This document shows positions 42,005 through 51,907 of a stretch of 64,000 nucleotides of DNA, one piece after another. Source of the stretch: an uncultured Actinomycetes bacterium. Lineage in GTDB: Bacteria > Actinomycetota > Thermoleophilia > Gaiellales > JAICJC01. The stretch's first letter is position 1, and every line of letters begins with the position of its first letter. The notes under the pieces were generated by a model. The model was not told where the DNA came from. It saw only the letters and a program-made list of their open reading frames with translations, and did no database searches. The stretch is from positions 14,238 to 78,237 of the forward strand of contig CAVWLK010000087.1 of assembly GCA_963755675.1 (NCBI GenBank). Direction: 5' to 3'. The position numbers were made by a program, and so were the translations under genes.

Positions 42005-43021
42005 TCAGTCGATCAGCTTGACGTGCTGCGTGCCCGATCCGCTGTCGACACCGCCGAGCACACCACCTGGGAAGTCGGCGTAGGTCTGGATCATGATCGC
42101 GTTCACCTGGCCGGGTGAGGGCGTGTTCCAGTCCACGATGTACACGAGCGCAAAGGCGACGATCCGCACGTCGGTGCCGGATCCGTTCGGCCAGTCACTG
42201 AGGCCGCTGTTGTTGTTGACGACGATCGGCATCACCACCAGCCGGGGGCAGCTGGGGTCGAGCAGCTTCGAGAAGCCACCGTTGGGATCGGGCTGGACGA
42301 CGTCGAGAAAGCCCTGGGCGTTTGAGCCGATCCGCTGCGCGAGGTCGTCGGTCGGGCCCTTCATGGCGCCGGTCTTGACCGGCAGCACATCGTTCACGTG
42401 AAGGTCACAGACATCGAGATTCCCCGCCATCAGGTCGGACCAGTAGCCGGCGCCTGACTGCGGCACACAGCCGTACTGCTCGGCCGGCAGCGCCACCGCC
42501 CCGAAGTTGCCCTTGCTGGAATTGCCCAGCTTGGCCGGAAACTCCTGGCCGAAGCCGTAGCTGGTGGCGTCGTCGCGCATCAGAGCGATCGGCACCATCT
42601 TGTTGGTCTTGATCGCGGTGTAGGACTGGGCGAGCGCGGTGGCGCTGGTGTTGATATCGAACCCGCCGATCCCGAACAGGCGGGAGAAGTACGGCGTTCC
42701 CGGCGAATGGGTGCGCACCGTGACAGTGTCATACCCGGTGCTGGTCGGGTCGGTCTGTCCGAAGCTGACGTCGGCCGAGCTGGCGCCGTTCTGGGCAGCC
42801 GTGGCGTGGGCCACGCCATTCGCCTCGCCGGCATGATCGGGCAGGTAGGCGGCGGCCGCGAGCGCCGCAGCGTCGGCCGCGTTCTGCATGTGGCCGCGCT
42901 CCGTGCGCCACACGCCGACATCGATGACCAGCGCAACCATGCCTATCAGCGTGGTCAACGAGACGATGGTGAGAATCGCGGCCTGGCCGCGCTCACCTCT
43001 GCGCGCGAGGGGACGGAGCAT
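42005..43021 (-). CDS. TadG-related Flp pilus assembly protein
   Basis: ERGQA plus hydrophobic segment, IDVG, MQNAADAAALAAA. Confidence 0.85.
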   Translation of the reverse strand: MLRPLARRGERGQAAILTIVSLTTLIGMVALVIDVGVWRTERGHMQNAADAAALAAAAYLPDHAGEANGVAHATAAQNGASSADVSFGQTDPTSTGYDTVTVRTHSPGTPYFSRLFGIGGFDINTSATALAQSYTAIKTNKMVPIALMRDDATSYGFGQEFPAKLGNSSKGNFGAVALPAEQYGCVPQSGAGYWSDLMAGNLDVCDLHVNDVLPVKTGAMKGPTDDLAQRIGSNAQGFLDVVQPDPNGGFSKLLDPSCPRLVVMPIVVNNNSGLSDWPNGSGTDVRIVAFALVYIVDWNTPSPGQVNAIMIQTYADFPGGVLGGVDSGSGTQHVKLID

Positions 43022-43103
43022 CGTTCACAGTGTCCGGCGGGAACGGGGTATCCATCCATCCCCCGGAGGGGTGAACGCTGGAATCATCATCTAGGATCGC
43101 CGG

Positions 43104-44450
43104 ATGAGTTGGACGATCTCTCCCGACCGCGCCACGGCCGTGGGCGTGCGCGGGATGGTCGCGACCAGCCAGCCGCTCGCAGCCGCCGTCGGCGTGCGAG
43201 CGCTTGAGGCGGGCGGAAACGCAGCCGACGCGGCGCTGGCCGCGGCGGGGGTGCTGGCGGTCACCGAGCCGAACCAGTGCGGCCCGGGTGGCGACCTATT
43301 CGCGATCGTGTTGCGCGACGGCGAGCGGCCGGTCGGTCTGGATGCCAGCGGTCGATCGCCGCGCCAGCCAGGAGATGCGGTTCCGGAGCTGTTCGGGCCG
43401 CGCAGCGTGACGGTTCCCGGCTGTCCGGCCGGGTGGACCGACCTGGCGCAGCGATTCTCCAGGCTGGGCTTGGAGCGGGCGCTGGCGCCGGGCGTCGATC
43501 TGGCGCGGCGAGGGTTTGCCCGCGCCCCCAAGAACGCACGCCGGTGGGCGGAGGACTGGGTCGATCTGGCGGGCGATGCAGCCGAGCTGTTCCGACCCAC
43601 CGAGCGGCATGCGAACCCGGGCATGGCGGACACGCTGGAGCAGATCGCCGCCGGTCGCTACTACGACGGGCCGATGGCCGAGGCGATCGCCGAGGTGAGC
43701 TGGCTATCGCGGGATGACCTGGCGGCGCACGAGAACCGGTGGGTCGACCCGGTCGAGTTCCCGTATCGCGACCATGTGCTGCTGGAGATGCCGCCCGCCG
43801 GACAGGGATCGATCGCCGGATGGGCGCTGGAGTCGCTGGCCTCGCCGTCAGCCTCTGACCAGGTGGTGGCGCTGGCGGCTGCCTACGAGCGGGGGTACGC
43901 CACGATTGGCGGCACGGCCTACGTGTGCGCGGCGGACGGCGACGGCATGGCGGTCTCGCTGATCCAGAGCATCTTCTACGGCTTCGGCTCGCAGGTGGTC
44001 GTACCGGGGCACGGCTTCATGCTCCAGAACCGGGGATCGGGATTCGTGCTGGAGCCTGGTCACCCGAATGCTTTTGCGCCCGCAAAGCGGCCGTTCCACA
44101 CGATCATCCCGGCCGCCGTGTTGGACGCCGACGGCCGCTGGGCGGGCGTGTTCGGCGTGACCGGCGGGCAGTTCCAGCCGCAGGGCCACGTGCAGGTCAT
44201 GGTCAATCTGCTCGACCACGGCATGCCACCACAGGCCGCGCTGGACGCGCCCCGTTACCGGCTGGAGGAGGACGGCAGCATCTCACTCGAAGTGCCGCTG
44301 GCCGGCCTGGTCGATGCCTTCGACAGGCCCGCTGCGGTCGTTGACGACGAAGGCAACTACGGCAACGCCCAGCTGATCTGGCGCCGCCCGGACGGGCTTC
44401 TGCTGGGCGCCAGCGAGCCCCGCCGCGACGGCATCGCGCTGGGCTTGTAA
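43104..44450 (+). CDS. ggt: Gamma-glutamyltransferase-family protein (compact)
   Basis: GMVATSQPLA, GGNAADAA, GGTAY (nucleophile Thr), GFGS, KRPFHTI, QPQGH. Confidence 0.88.
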   Translation: MSWTISPDRATAVGVRGMVATSQPLAAAVGVRALEAGGNAADAALAAAGVLAVTEPNQCGPGGDLFAIVLRDGERPVGLDASGRSPRQPGDAVPELFGPRSVTVPGCPAGWTDLAQRFSRLGLERALAPGVDLARRGFARAPKNARRWAEDWVDLAGDAAELFRPTERHANPGMADTLEQIAAGRYYDGPMAEAIAEVSWLSRDDLAAHENRWVDPVEFPYRDHVLLEMPPAGQGSIAGWALESLASPSASDQVVALAAAYERGYATIGGTAYVCAADGDGMAVSLIQSIFYGFGSQVVVPGHGFMLQNRGSGFVLEPGHPNAFAPAKRPFHTIIPAAVLDADGRWAGVFGVTGGQFQPQGHVQVMVNLLDHGMPPQAALDAPRYRLEEDGSISLEVPLAGLVDAFDRPAAVVDDEGNYGNAQLIWRRPDGLLLGASEPRRDGIALGL

Positions 44451-44451
44451 C

Positions 44452-44632
44452 ACCCGCCACCCAATTATTGGAGTCAAACACTCATGAGGCGGGCGTTGCT
44501 CGAATTGTGGCAGCTTTGTTGCACTCTGCCCGCGTGGTTGAGCCAACTCCTCCGCGCGGCCAATTATTGGAGTCAAACACTCATGAGTTGGGCTGCGCAG
44601 AAACGTTGCGGGATTGTGACGGTTTGGCGGGT
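44452..44632. repeat. Intergenic element: two identical 28-bp direct repeats inside 8-bp terminal inverted repeats
   Basis: CCAATTATTGGAGTCAAACACTCATGAG at 44461-44488 and 44560-44587; ACCCGCCA (44452-59) and TGGCGGGT (44625-32). Confidence 0.8.
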
Positions 44633-46203
44633 CAGGCGGCGGGCTGCTGGAGGTCGCCCACGTGCAGAACGCGGTCGCGGCCGGACTGCTTGGCGCGGTA
44701 GAGGGCGGCGTCGGCCTGGGCGATCAACTCGCCTCGCTCGTCGGCATCGTTGGGGTACACCGCCCAGCCGATCGACGCGGAAAGCCGGCGTCCCACCGAA
44801 GGCTCCACGCCGAGCGCCTTGACCGCCTCGCGGGCGCGTTCGAGCAGCTCCGTCACGCCCTCTCGGTCTGACGTCTCGAGCATCAGCGCGAACTCCTCGC
44901 CACCAACCCTGAACACGCGGTCCGAGCCGCGCAGCACCCCGCGGATCGCCTCGCCGGAGCGTCGCAGCACCGTGTCGCCCTCGGGATGGCCGAACGAGTC
45001 GTTCACCAGCTTGAAGTGGTCGAGGTCGATCATCGCCAGCGTGAAGCCGAGCCCGCGGCGCTTCGACAGGCCCACCCGGCGACGAAGCTCGGCCTCGAAC
45101 GTGCGCCGGTTGGGCAGTCCCGTCAGCGCGTCGTGGCCGGCGGCCCGCTCGAGCGCCTCCTGCCTCAGCACCGTGCGCCACAGCGCCGCGAGGTGGCCGA
45201 GTAGCAGGTCGAGCGCATGATGGTCGTGCTCGTCACCGCGATCGGGCGCGAAGCAGACCGACACGTGCAGACCGACGCCGGCGTCGTCCACCTCGATCGC
45301 CAGACGCGGCTGTGCGTGCGACTGGTGCGACGGCGCTGCCCCCTCGGTGAGGATGAAGCAGGTGGCGCCGATCGCGTCCTTTGGCGCCATGTGCGCGAAG
45401 CCGATCAGCTGGCTGCGGGTGGCGGCGCTCTTCGCCCTCACGCTCCACGCCAGCACTGACTCGATCTGGCTGCTCCAGCGCGCCTCACGCTCGCGTCTGG
45501 CGTCGGCCTCACCGGCAAGCGTGTGGGCGCGCCGCAACAGCCGCACGCCGCCTGCGAACAGGATGATCAGGCCGATCAGCGTGGCCGCTTGGCGGACGAT
45601 GTCGGCGATGTGAGCCCGGTGCCGGGTGTTGGCGACGGCGACGCGCGAACCGTCGCTCAGGGCAGCTTCGAGCTGCGCCAGCCGTTGCTCGAGTGCCGGC
45701 ACCGCCGCCTCCGTGGCCGTGCCCGGCGGAGCGAGCCCGCCGCTGGCCGGGTGCCCGGAGAACCGGATCGACACTCGGTCGTTCCAGGTCGTGATGGCCG
45801 AGACAGCGTCGCTCAACAGCGCCCGCTCCGCCCCGCTTGCGTCCGCCGCGCGGGCCGCCCGGCGAAGTGCGGTCAAACCCGCCTGCGTGGTCGCCGCATC
45901 GGCCGCGTACTGTTGGCGATACACCGCGTCGCCGGTGAGCCGGTAGCCGAGCACGTCGGTTGCCTGAGCCTGCACCGACGCCTGTAGCCGGGCGACGGCG
46001 AGCTGCGCCTCGGTGGCCGCCCGCGAGCGGCGGCCGGCGTCGTCGCGGTAGCGCGATGCGAGCACGCTTGCGATCGCCACGAACAGCAGCACGCCGATCG
46101 AGGCGGCGATCCAGAGCAGCGCGAAGCGGCGGATCTGCGCAGAGATCCGCTCGTGCTCGCGCACGGCGGACCGATCCGCGCGCGCAGAGGCGTGGGACTT
46201 CAT
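44632..46203 (-). CDS. Membrane diguanylate cyclase (CHASE3-like sensor plus GGEEF)
   Basis: Two TM helices, GYRLTGD, HDALTGLPNRR, DLDHFK, RGSD I-site, GGEEF, ADAALYRAK. Confidence 0.9.
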   Translation of the reverse strand: MKSHASARADRSAVREHERISAQIRRFALLWIAASIGVLLFVAIASVLASRYRDDAGRRSRAATEAQLAVARLQASVQAQATDVLGYRLTGDAVYRQQYAADAATTQAGLTALRRAARAADASGAERALLSDAVSAITTWNDRVSIRFSGHPASGGLAPPGTATEAAVPALEQRLAQLEAALSDGSRVAVANTRHRAHIADIVRQAATLIGLIILFAGGVRLLRRAHTLAGEADARREREARWSSQIESVLAWSVRAKSAATRSQLIGFAHMAPKDAIGATCFILTEGAAPSHQSHAQPRLAIEVDDAGVGLHVSVCFAPDRGDEHDHHALDLLLGHLAALWRTVLRQEALERAAGHDALTGLPNRRTFEAELRRRVGLSKRRGLGFTLAMIDLDHFKLVNDSFGHPEGDTVLRRSGEAIRGVLRGSDRVFRVGGEEFALMLETSDREGVTELLERAREAVKALGVEPSVGRRLSASIGWAVYPNDADERGELIAQADAALYRAKQSGRDRVLHVGDLQQPAA

Positions 46204-46276
46204 GCTCTCAGCATCGCCACCGCCGCCGCTGGGCGGCATCCCCCAGAGGCGGGATAGAGGCTCTTTCGGGCGGGAG

Positions 46277-46981
46277 CTAGGGCGCCTTGCGGTCGTTCGC
46301 CACGAACGCCGCGTGCGTGATCGGCATACGGCTGGCGAACAGGCTCTCGACTGCCTCGGCGAAGCGGCGGATCTCGCGCTGCGCCGTCTCGGCGTTTCGC
46401 AGCGAGACGAAGTTCATCAGGCTGCGGGCGTTGACCGTCCAGTAGAACTGGGTATAGATGGCGACCGGCAGCACGTTGCGGGCGATCTCCTTCGCGACGC
46501 CCTGCTCGATCATGCTCTGGTAGGTGGCGTACGCCTGCTGGTAGACGGCACGTTGCGCTTCGCGCACGCCCTCGGCCGTCTCGGCGTCCAGCTGCTCGAA
46601 GGTATAGGCGCCCGGCTTGCCCACCTGCGTCCGCACGTCCTCGGCCTCGGGTACGTAGAACTCGGGCTCGAGCTGCGAATAGCGCGCCGACCACTCGTTG
46701 AAGGAGCCGATCCGGTGGCGTTGCCACTCCCGGCAAACGAAGATCGGGCACTTGATGTGGTAGCGAAATGCGTTGTGCTCGAACGGCGTGCCGTGGCGCT
46801 CCCGCATCAGGAACCGGATCAGCCCCTGGTCGCGCTCGCCCAGCTCGTCGACGTGCTGTGCGAACGAGACGCGGGCGGCGTTCACCACGGAGAGGTCGTC
46901 GGCCATCGACGCGTCCAGCCGCACGAACCCGTGATCGAGCACGTCGATCTGATCCGCCGCCGCCACGCTGTCGTCCACCAT
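46277..46981 (-). CDS. thyX: FAD-dependent thymidylate synthase
   Basis: RHRIGSFNEWSARY motif, HGTPFEH, EIARNVLP, AQREIR. Confidence 0.96.
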   Translation of the reverse strand: MVDDSVAAADQIDVLDHGFVRLDASMADDLSVVNAARVSFAQHVDELGERDQGLIRFLMRERHGTPFEHNAFRYHIKCPIFVCREWQRHRIGSFNEWSARYSQLEPEFYVPEAEDVRTQVGKPGAYTFEQLDAETAEGVREAQRAVYQQAYATYQSMIEQGVAKEIARNVLPVAIYTQFYWTVNARSLMNFVSLRNAETAQREIRRFAEAVESLFASRMPITHAAFVANDRKAP

Positions 46982-47027
46982 CGTCACGCCTCCAAGCATA
47001 CGTCGCGCAGCGGTCGGAACCGGCGGC

Positions 47028-47747
47028 TCACCGCAGCAGCCTGCCGCCGTCCACGATCAGGTTCTGGCCAGTGAAGAAGTCGGCCTCGATGCAGTAGCGG
47101 ATAGCCTGGGCGACGTCGGCCGGCGCGCCGATCCTGCCCAACACCGTCTCCTCGCTATTGGCGGCCACGCCCTCCGGCATCAGTACCGGACCGGGCGCCA
47201 CCCCGCAGACCCGCACCGCCTCGTCACCCCAGTCGGCGGCCAGGCACTTGACCAGCTGGATCAGCGCCGCCTTGGCCGCGCAGTGGGCGGCGAACCGGGG
47301 CCATGGCTGCAGCCCGGCCACGTCGGTGATGGCGACGATCACCCCGCCCCGGCCGCGCATGTGATGGAACGCGGCCTGGGCGGCGAACATGAAGCCCTTC
47401 GCCGTCGAGTCGAGCGCGGCGTCCCACAGCGCTTCGTCCACATCGTCGGCCGCCCGCGGTTCGAAGCCGCCCGACGGCGCGTGCACGTAGACGTCGAGTC
47501 CGCCCAGCTCCTGCGCCATCCCGTCGACCAGCGATCGCATCTGCTCCGGCCGAGCGGCATCCGCCTGCGCGACGGCGGATCTGACGCCCAGCGCGCGGAT
47601 CGCCTCCGCGGTCTCGCGCGCGGCCTCCTCTGAGCTGTGGTAGCTGATGCCGACGTCGGCGCCGCCGGCCGCCAGGTCGAGCGCCACAGCCCGGCCCACG
47701 CGGTGGGATCCGCCAGCCACCAGCACGCGCGCTCCAGCGAGCTTCAT
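47028..47747 (-). CDS. SDR oxidoreductase, pteridine reductase/FolM-like
   Basis: GGSHRVG (Arg typical of PTR1/FolM), ISYHSS, APGPVL, TGQNLIVDGG; HxxxK in place of YxxxK. Confidence 0.75.
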   Translation of the reverse strand: MKLAGARVLVAGGSHRVGRAVALDLAAGGADVGISYHSSEEAARETAEAIRALGVRSAVAQADAARPEQMRSLVDGMAQELGGLDVYVHAPSGGFEPRAADDVDEALWDAALDSTAKGFMFAAQAAFHHMRGRGGVIVAITDVAGLQPWPRFAAHCAAKAALIQLVKCLAADWGDEAVRVCGVAPGPVLMPEGVAANSEETVLGRIGAPADVAQAIRYCIEADFFTGQNLIVDGGRLLR

Positions 47748-47804
47748 GCCGTCATCATCGGGGTATGCTAACCCTCTCTACCAGGACAGAAGGAGTGAGC
47801 CACC

Positions 47805-48427
47805 ATGGCCTATGAGGTCCCCCGCTTCCCTACGACTACAGCGCTCTGGAGCCGCACATCGACGAGCAGACGATGCGGATCCACCACGACAAACATCACC
47901 AGGCGTACGTGGACAAGGCGAACGCCGCACTTGAAGGCACCGAGTGGGCCGACCGCCCAGTCGAGGACGTGCTCAAGAATCTCTCGTCGCTGCCGGCCGA
48001 CAAGCAGGGCCCGGTGCGCAACAACGCCGGCGGCCATGCCAACCACAGCTTGTTCTGGACGGTGCTCGGCCCGGATGGCGGCGGCTCGCCGTCGGGTGAG
48101 CTGGGCGACGCGATCGCGTCTGCGTTCGGCGGGCTCGATCAGCTCAAGACGGCCATGAGCGACGCCGGCGTCAACCGCTTCGGCTCCGGCTGGTCGTGGC
48201 TGGTTGTTGACGGCGGCGAACTCAAGGTCGTCAGCACCGCCAACCAGGACTCGCCGCTGTCCGACGGTCAGACGCCGATCCTGGGCATCGACGTGTGGGA
48301 GCACGCGTATTACCTGAAGTACCAGAACCGCCGGCCCGACTACCTGGCCGCGATCTGGAACGTGGTGGATTGGAACGCCGTGGCCGAGCGCTACGCCGCG
48401 GCCCGCTCCGCAGCGGCGACGGTGTAA
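47805..48427 (+). CDS. sodA: Mn-type superoxide dismutase (frameshift ~47820)
   Basis: [40 protein letters not shown]. Confidence 0.93.
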
Positions 48428-48443
48428 CAACGTGCAATCAGCA

Positions 48444-48479
48444 GAGGCGGGGGTGGGCGAGATCGCCCGCCCCCGCCTC
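48444..48479 (+). terminator. Terminator-like hairpin after sodA
   Basis: GAGGCGGGGGTGGGCGA-GA-TCGCCCGCCCCCGCCTC. Confidence 0.7.
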
Positions 48480-48502
48480 GCCGTTTCTCGGAGAGGAGAA
48501 GG

Positions 48503-49780
48503 GTGAGCGCGAAGACGGTGGTGTTCTTCCCGGAGGGCGCGTTCGGGCCGACCAACAATTGCGTCGGCATCGGCGAGCAGCTGAAGGCGCGGGGTCACCG
48601 CGTTGTGTTCATCCTCGAGCAGTCGTTCGCGGGCACCCTGGAGGCGCGAGGCTTCGAGGAACGGCTGATGCGGCTGGGCCCGCCCCCGGAGGTCGAGGAG
48701 GCGCCGGGCCAGTTCTGGAAGGACTTCATCCGCGAGACGGCGCCCGTCTTTCGCACCCCCACCATCGAGCAGCTGGAGTCGTTCATCGCGCCAACCTGGC
48801 AGGCGCTGCTGGACGGCTCGCGCTACGTCGAACCACGGTTGCGCGAAATCTTCGCTGAGCTCGCGCCGGACGTGATCGTCGAGGACAACGTGCCCTGCTT
48901 TCCGGCCGTTGTCACCGCAGACGCGCCATGGGTGCGGATCGTGTCCTGCAACCCCTGCGAGCTGAAGGATGCCGACGTGCCGCCCGCGTTCTCGGGCTAC
49001 CCGGCCGGCGATCGCGGCGAGTGGGAGGCGTTTCGGACCGAGTACGACCGCACGCACAGGCCGATGTGGCAGGAGTTCGACGAGTTCGTCCGCTCCCAGG
49101 GCGCGCCCGGCCTGCCCGATCTGGAGTTCATTCACCGCTCGCCGGACCTGAACATGTACCTGTATCCGGCTGAGGCCGACTACGCGCGGGCGACCCCGCT
49201 CGGCCAGGACTGGCACCGGCTCGATTCCTGCGTGCGGGCCGTCGACGGTGACTTCACGCTGCCCGACGCGCTGCGCGACGGCCCGGGATCGCTGATCTAC
49301 CTCTCGCTCGGCTCGCTGGCCTCGGCGGACGTGGCGCTGATGGAACGGCTGGTCGAGGCGCTGGCCGAGGTGCCGCACCGCTTCATCGTCTCGAAGGGGC
49401 CCCAGCACGACCAGTACCAGCTCGCCCACAACATGTGGGGTGAGGAGTTCCTGCCTCAGCCGGCCATCCTGCCGATGGTCGATCTCGTCATCACCCACGG
49501 TGGCAACAACACCACCACCGAGTGCTTCCACCACGGCAAGCCGATGATCGCGATGCCCGTGTTCTGGGATCAGTACGACAACGCCCAGAGGGTGGACGAG
49601 ACCGGGTTCGGCGTCCGCCTGCCGACCTACACCTTCGCCGCCGCCGATCTCACCTCGGCCATCGACCGGCTGCTGGGCGATCGGGCGCTGCACGACCGGA
49701 TGGCCACGATCGCCCGCAGGCTGCAGGCCGCGCCGGGAACCACGACCGCGGCTGACCTGATTGAACGTCTCTCTGCCTGA
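48503..49780 (+). CDS. GT1/MGT-family glycosyltransferase
   Basis: YLSLGS, FLPQ, ITHGGNNT, WDQYDNA. Confidence 0.88.
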   Translation: MSAKTVVFFPEGAFGPTNNCVGIGEQLKARGHRVVFILEQSFAGTLEARGFEERLMRLGPPPEVEEAPGQFWKDFIRETAPVFRTPTIEQLESFIAPTWQALLDGSRYVEPRLREIFAELAPDVIVEDNVPCFPAVVTADAPWVRIVSCNPCELKDADVPPAFSGYPAGDRGEWEAFRTEYDRTHRPMWQEFDEFVRSQGAPGLPDLEFIHRSPDLNMYLYPAEADYARATPLGQDWHRLDSCVRAVDGDFTLPDALRDGPGSLIYLSLGSLASADVALMERLVEALAEVPHRFIVSKGPQHDQYQLAHNMWGEEFLPQPAILPMVDLVITHGGNNTTTECFHHGKPMIAMPVFWDQYDNAQRVDETGFGVRLPTYTFAAADLTSAIDRLLGDRALHDRMATIARRLQAAPGTTTAADLIERLSA

Positions 49781-50975
49781 CGCCTCGGCGCTGGCCGAGG
49801 AGATCGCCGTCGCGCGCTGGTACGGCGGCAAGGGCGCCGCCATCAGCGATGTCAGCGAGGAGGACAGGCTGGAACTGGACGCGGGGGTGGCATTGCACGT
49901 GCTGCGGGTGGAGTGCGACTCGCGCCCGCCGGAGCGCTACCTCTACATCAGCGGCGAGGCGGAGGTCGGGGCGTCGGTGCTGGAGGCGATCGTCGAGGGC
50001 CGGCAGGTGGGGCAGTGGTCGTTCGAGCCCGGCGTCGTGCTGCCGGGGCTGATGCCGTCCAACCGTGAGCAACGGCCGATCGGCCTCGACCAGTCGAACA
50101 CCACCGTGATCGTGGGCGAGCGGCTGGCGCTGAAGCTGTACCGCCGGCTGGAGCCCGGCCCGCACCCGGACATCGAGATCGGGCGACACCTGACCGAGCA
50201 CGCCAGCGTCGCCTTTGTGCCGGCGTATGCCGGATGCCTGCGGTGGGGGGAGTACGCGGTGGCGATGCTGCAGGCCTACGTCTCGGACGCCGAGGACGGC
50301 TGGTCCTGGGCGTCGCGGGCGGTGGTGGAGGGCGACGTCGCCGACATCGCGCGGCTCGGCGGCAACACCGCGATGCTGCACGGCGCGCTGGCGCAGCTCC
50401 AGTCGCGCCGGGCATCGCGCGAGGAGATGGCCGGGTGGCGGCGATCCGCGGGAGCCCAGCTCGACAGGGTGCTCGATCTGGTGGGAGGGGACGCCGGGGA
50501 TGAGCTGCGCGACTTCGAGCCGCGGCTGAGAACCGAGTTTGAGGCATTCGAGCGGGTGGCGCCGCCGATGCTGACACGCGTGCACGGCGACTATCACATC
50601 GGCCAGATTCTGCGCTCGGCGGACGGGCTGCGGGTGGTGGACTTCGAGGGAGAGCCGACCAAGCCTCTGGCGGAGCGAAACGCGCCGGGCGTGCCGCTAC
50701 GCGACGTAGCAGCGATGCTGCGTTCGTTCGATCACCTCGCCCGCTACGTCGATCGTGATGTCGAACCCGGCAACACACGCGACATCGAGAACTGGATCTT
50801 CGAGGCCCGCAACGCCTTCCTCGACGCATACGGCGAGCATGACGCGGCGCTGCTTCGCGCGCTCGAGGTCGAGAAGGAGTGCTACGAGTTCATCTATGCC
50901 GCCACCTTCCTTCCGGAGTGGATGTACGTGGCTGAGGCGGGCATGCGCTGGCTGATGGGGGCGCGGGCGCAGTGA
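49761..50975 (+). CDS. Maltokinase/glucosamine-kinase-like phosphotransferase
   Basis: RWYGGKG, DQSNTT, KLYR, HGDYHIGQ, DFEGEP, RDVAAMLRS. Confidence 0.82.
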   Translation: MNVSLPDASALAEEIAVARWYGGKGAAISDVSEEDRLELDAGVALHVLRVECDSRPPERYLYISGEAEVGASVLEAIVEGRQVGQWSFEPGVVLPGLMPSNREQRPIGLDQSNTTVIVGERLALKLYRRLEPGPHPDIEIGRHLTEHASVAFVPAYAGCLRWGEYAVAMLQAYVSDAEDGWSWASRAVVEGDVADIARLGGNTAMLHGALAQLQSRRASREEMAGWRRSAGAQLDRVLDLVGGDAGDELRDFEPRLRTEFEAFERVAPPMLTRVHGDYHIGQILRSADGLRVVDFEGEPTKPLAERNAPGVPLRDVAAMLRSFDHLARYVDRDVEPGNTRDIENWIFEARNAFLDAYGEHDAALLRALEVEKECYEFIYAATFLPEWMYVAEAGMRWLMGARAQ

Positions 50976-51907
50976 CCGTCGAGGGCTTTGAGGCGGACAT
51001 CCTGTGCGAGCCGGAGGCGTTGTCTCGGGTGGCGGCGCGATACGCGAATGCAGGCCTGGAGCGGTTGCTGTCAGCGCGGCGGGTGCTGTTCATCGGCATG
51101 GGCAGCTCCCGCTTCGCGGCCGACACGGCGGCGGCGATGCTGCGAAGCCGGGGCGTCGATGCTTACTGCGAACCGGCGTCGACGGGGACGCCGCAGCCGG
51201 CATCAGGCGATACCGTAGCGGTGGTGATCTCGGCCTCCGGTGGCTCGCACGAGACGATCGAGGCGCTGCACAGGCACAAGGGCACGAGCCGCGTGGTCGC
51301 GATCACCAACCGCCCGGACAGCGATCTGGCCGGGGCGGCGGACGAGGCCGTTGACGTGCTGGCCGGCCCAGAGCAGGGCGGTATCGCGTGCCGCAGCTTC
51401 GCCTGCACGCAGGCGGTGCTGGCGTTGATGTGCGGGGCCGGCGGCGAGCCGGTGGAGCGGGCGGCGGAGTCGGCGCAGGCGCTGATCGACGCTCGCGGCG
51501 AGTGGCTGGCGCCGCTGGCCGACCTGGTCGAGGGGCGCGTCGGAGTATGGGTGTCGGGCCCGGCCGAGCGGTTCGGGTCGGTTCAGCAGTCGGCGCTGAT
51601 GCTGCGCGAGGCGCCGCGGATCATCGCCGACGCGTGCGAGACCGGCGACTGGCTGCACGTCGACGTCTACCTGACAAAGCGGCCGGGATACGCGCTGCTG
51701 CTGCTGCCGGGGTCGCGGTTCGACGACGAGCTGCTGGGCTGGCGGGCGCAGCGCGACTTCGAGGTCGTCTCGGTCGGTCGCGCCTTGGAGGGCGTATCGA
51801 TGGCGGTGCCATTTCCCGGCGCCGAGGATCACCTGACCGCGACGCTGGTGGAGACGATCGTCGCCGAACTGCTGGCGGCCGAGCTGTGGCGCCGGCACCC
51901 GATCTGA
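50972..51907 (+). CDS. Double-SIS-domain sugar-phosphate isomerase/deaminase
   Basis: DILCEP, GMGSS, ISASGGS.ET, SALMLRE. Confidence 0.85.
   Translation: MTVEGFEADILCEPEALSRVAARYANAGLERLLSARRVLFIGMGSSRFAADTAAAMLRSRGVDAYCEPASTGTPQPASGDTVAVVISASGGSHETIEALHRHKGTSRVVAITNRPDSDLAGAADEAVDVLAGPEQGGIACRSFACTQAVLALMCGAGGEPVERAAESAQALIDARGEWLAPLADLVEGRVGVWVSGPAERFGSVQQSALMLREAPRIIADACETGDWLHVDVYLTKRPGYALLLLPGSRFDDELLGWRAQRDFEVVSVGRALEGVSMAVPFPGAEDHLTATLVETIVAELLAAELWRRHPI

Noticed and set aside
44461..44587. CRISPR array
   Set aside because: Only two repeats, a 71-bp spacer that partly resembles the downstream flank, and no cas genes.
47810..49843. Long antisense ORFs (677 aa here; also 9497-10915, 26933-28177, 60137-62038)
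   Set aside because: Shadow frames opposite well-supported genes, expected at this GC content.
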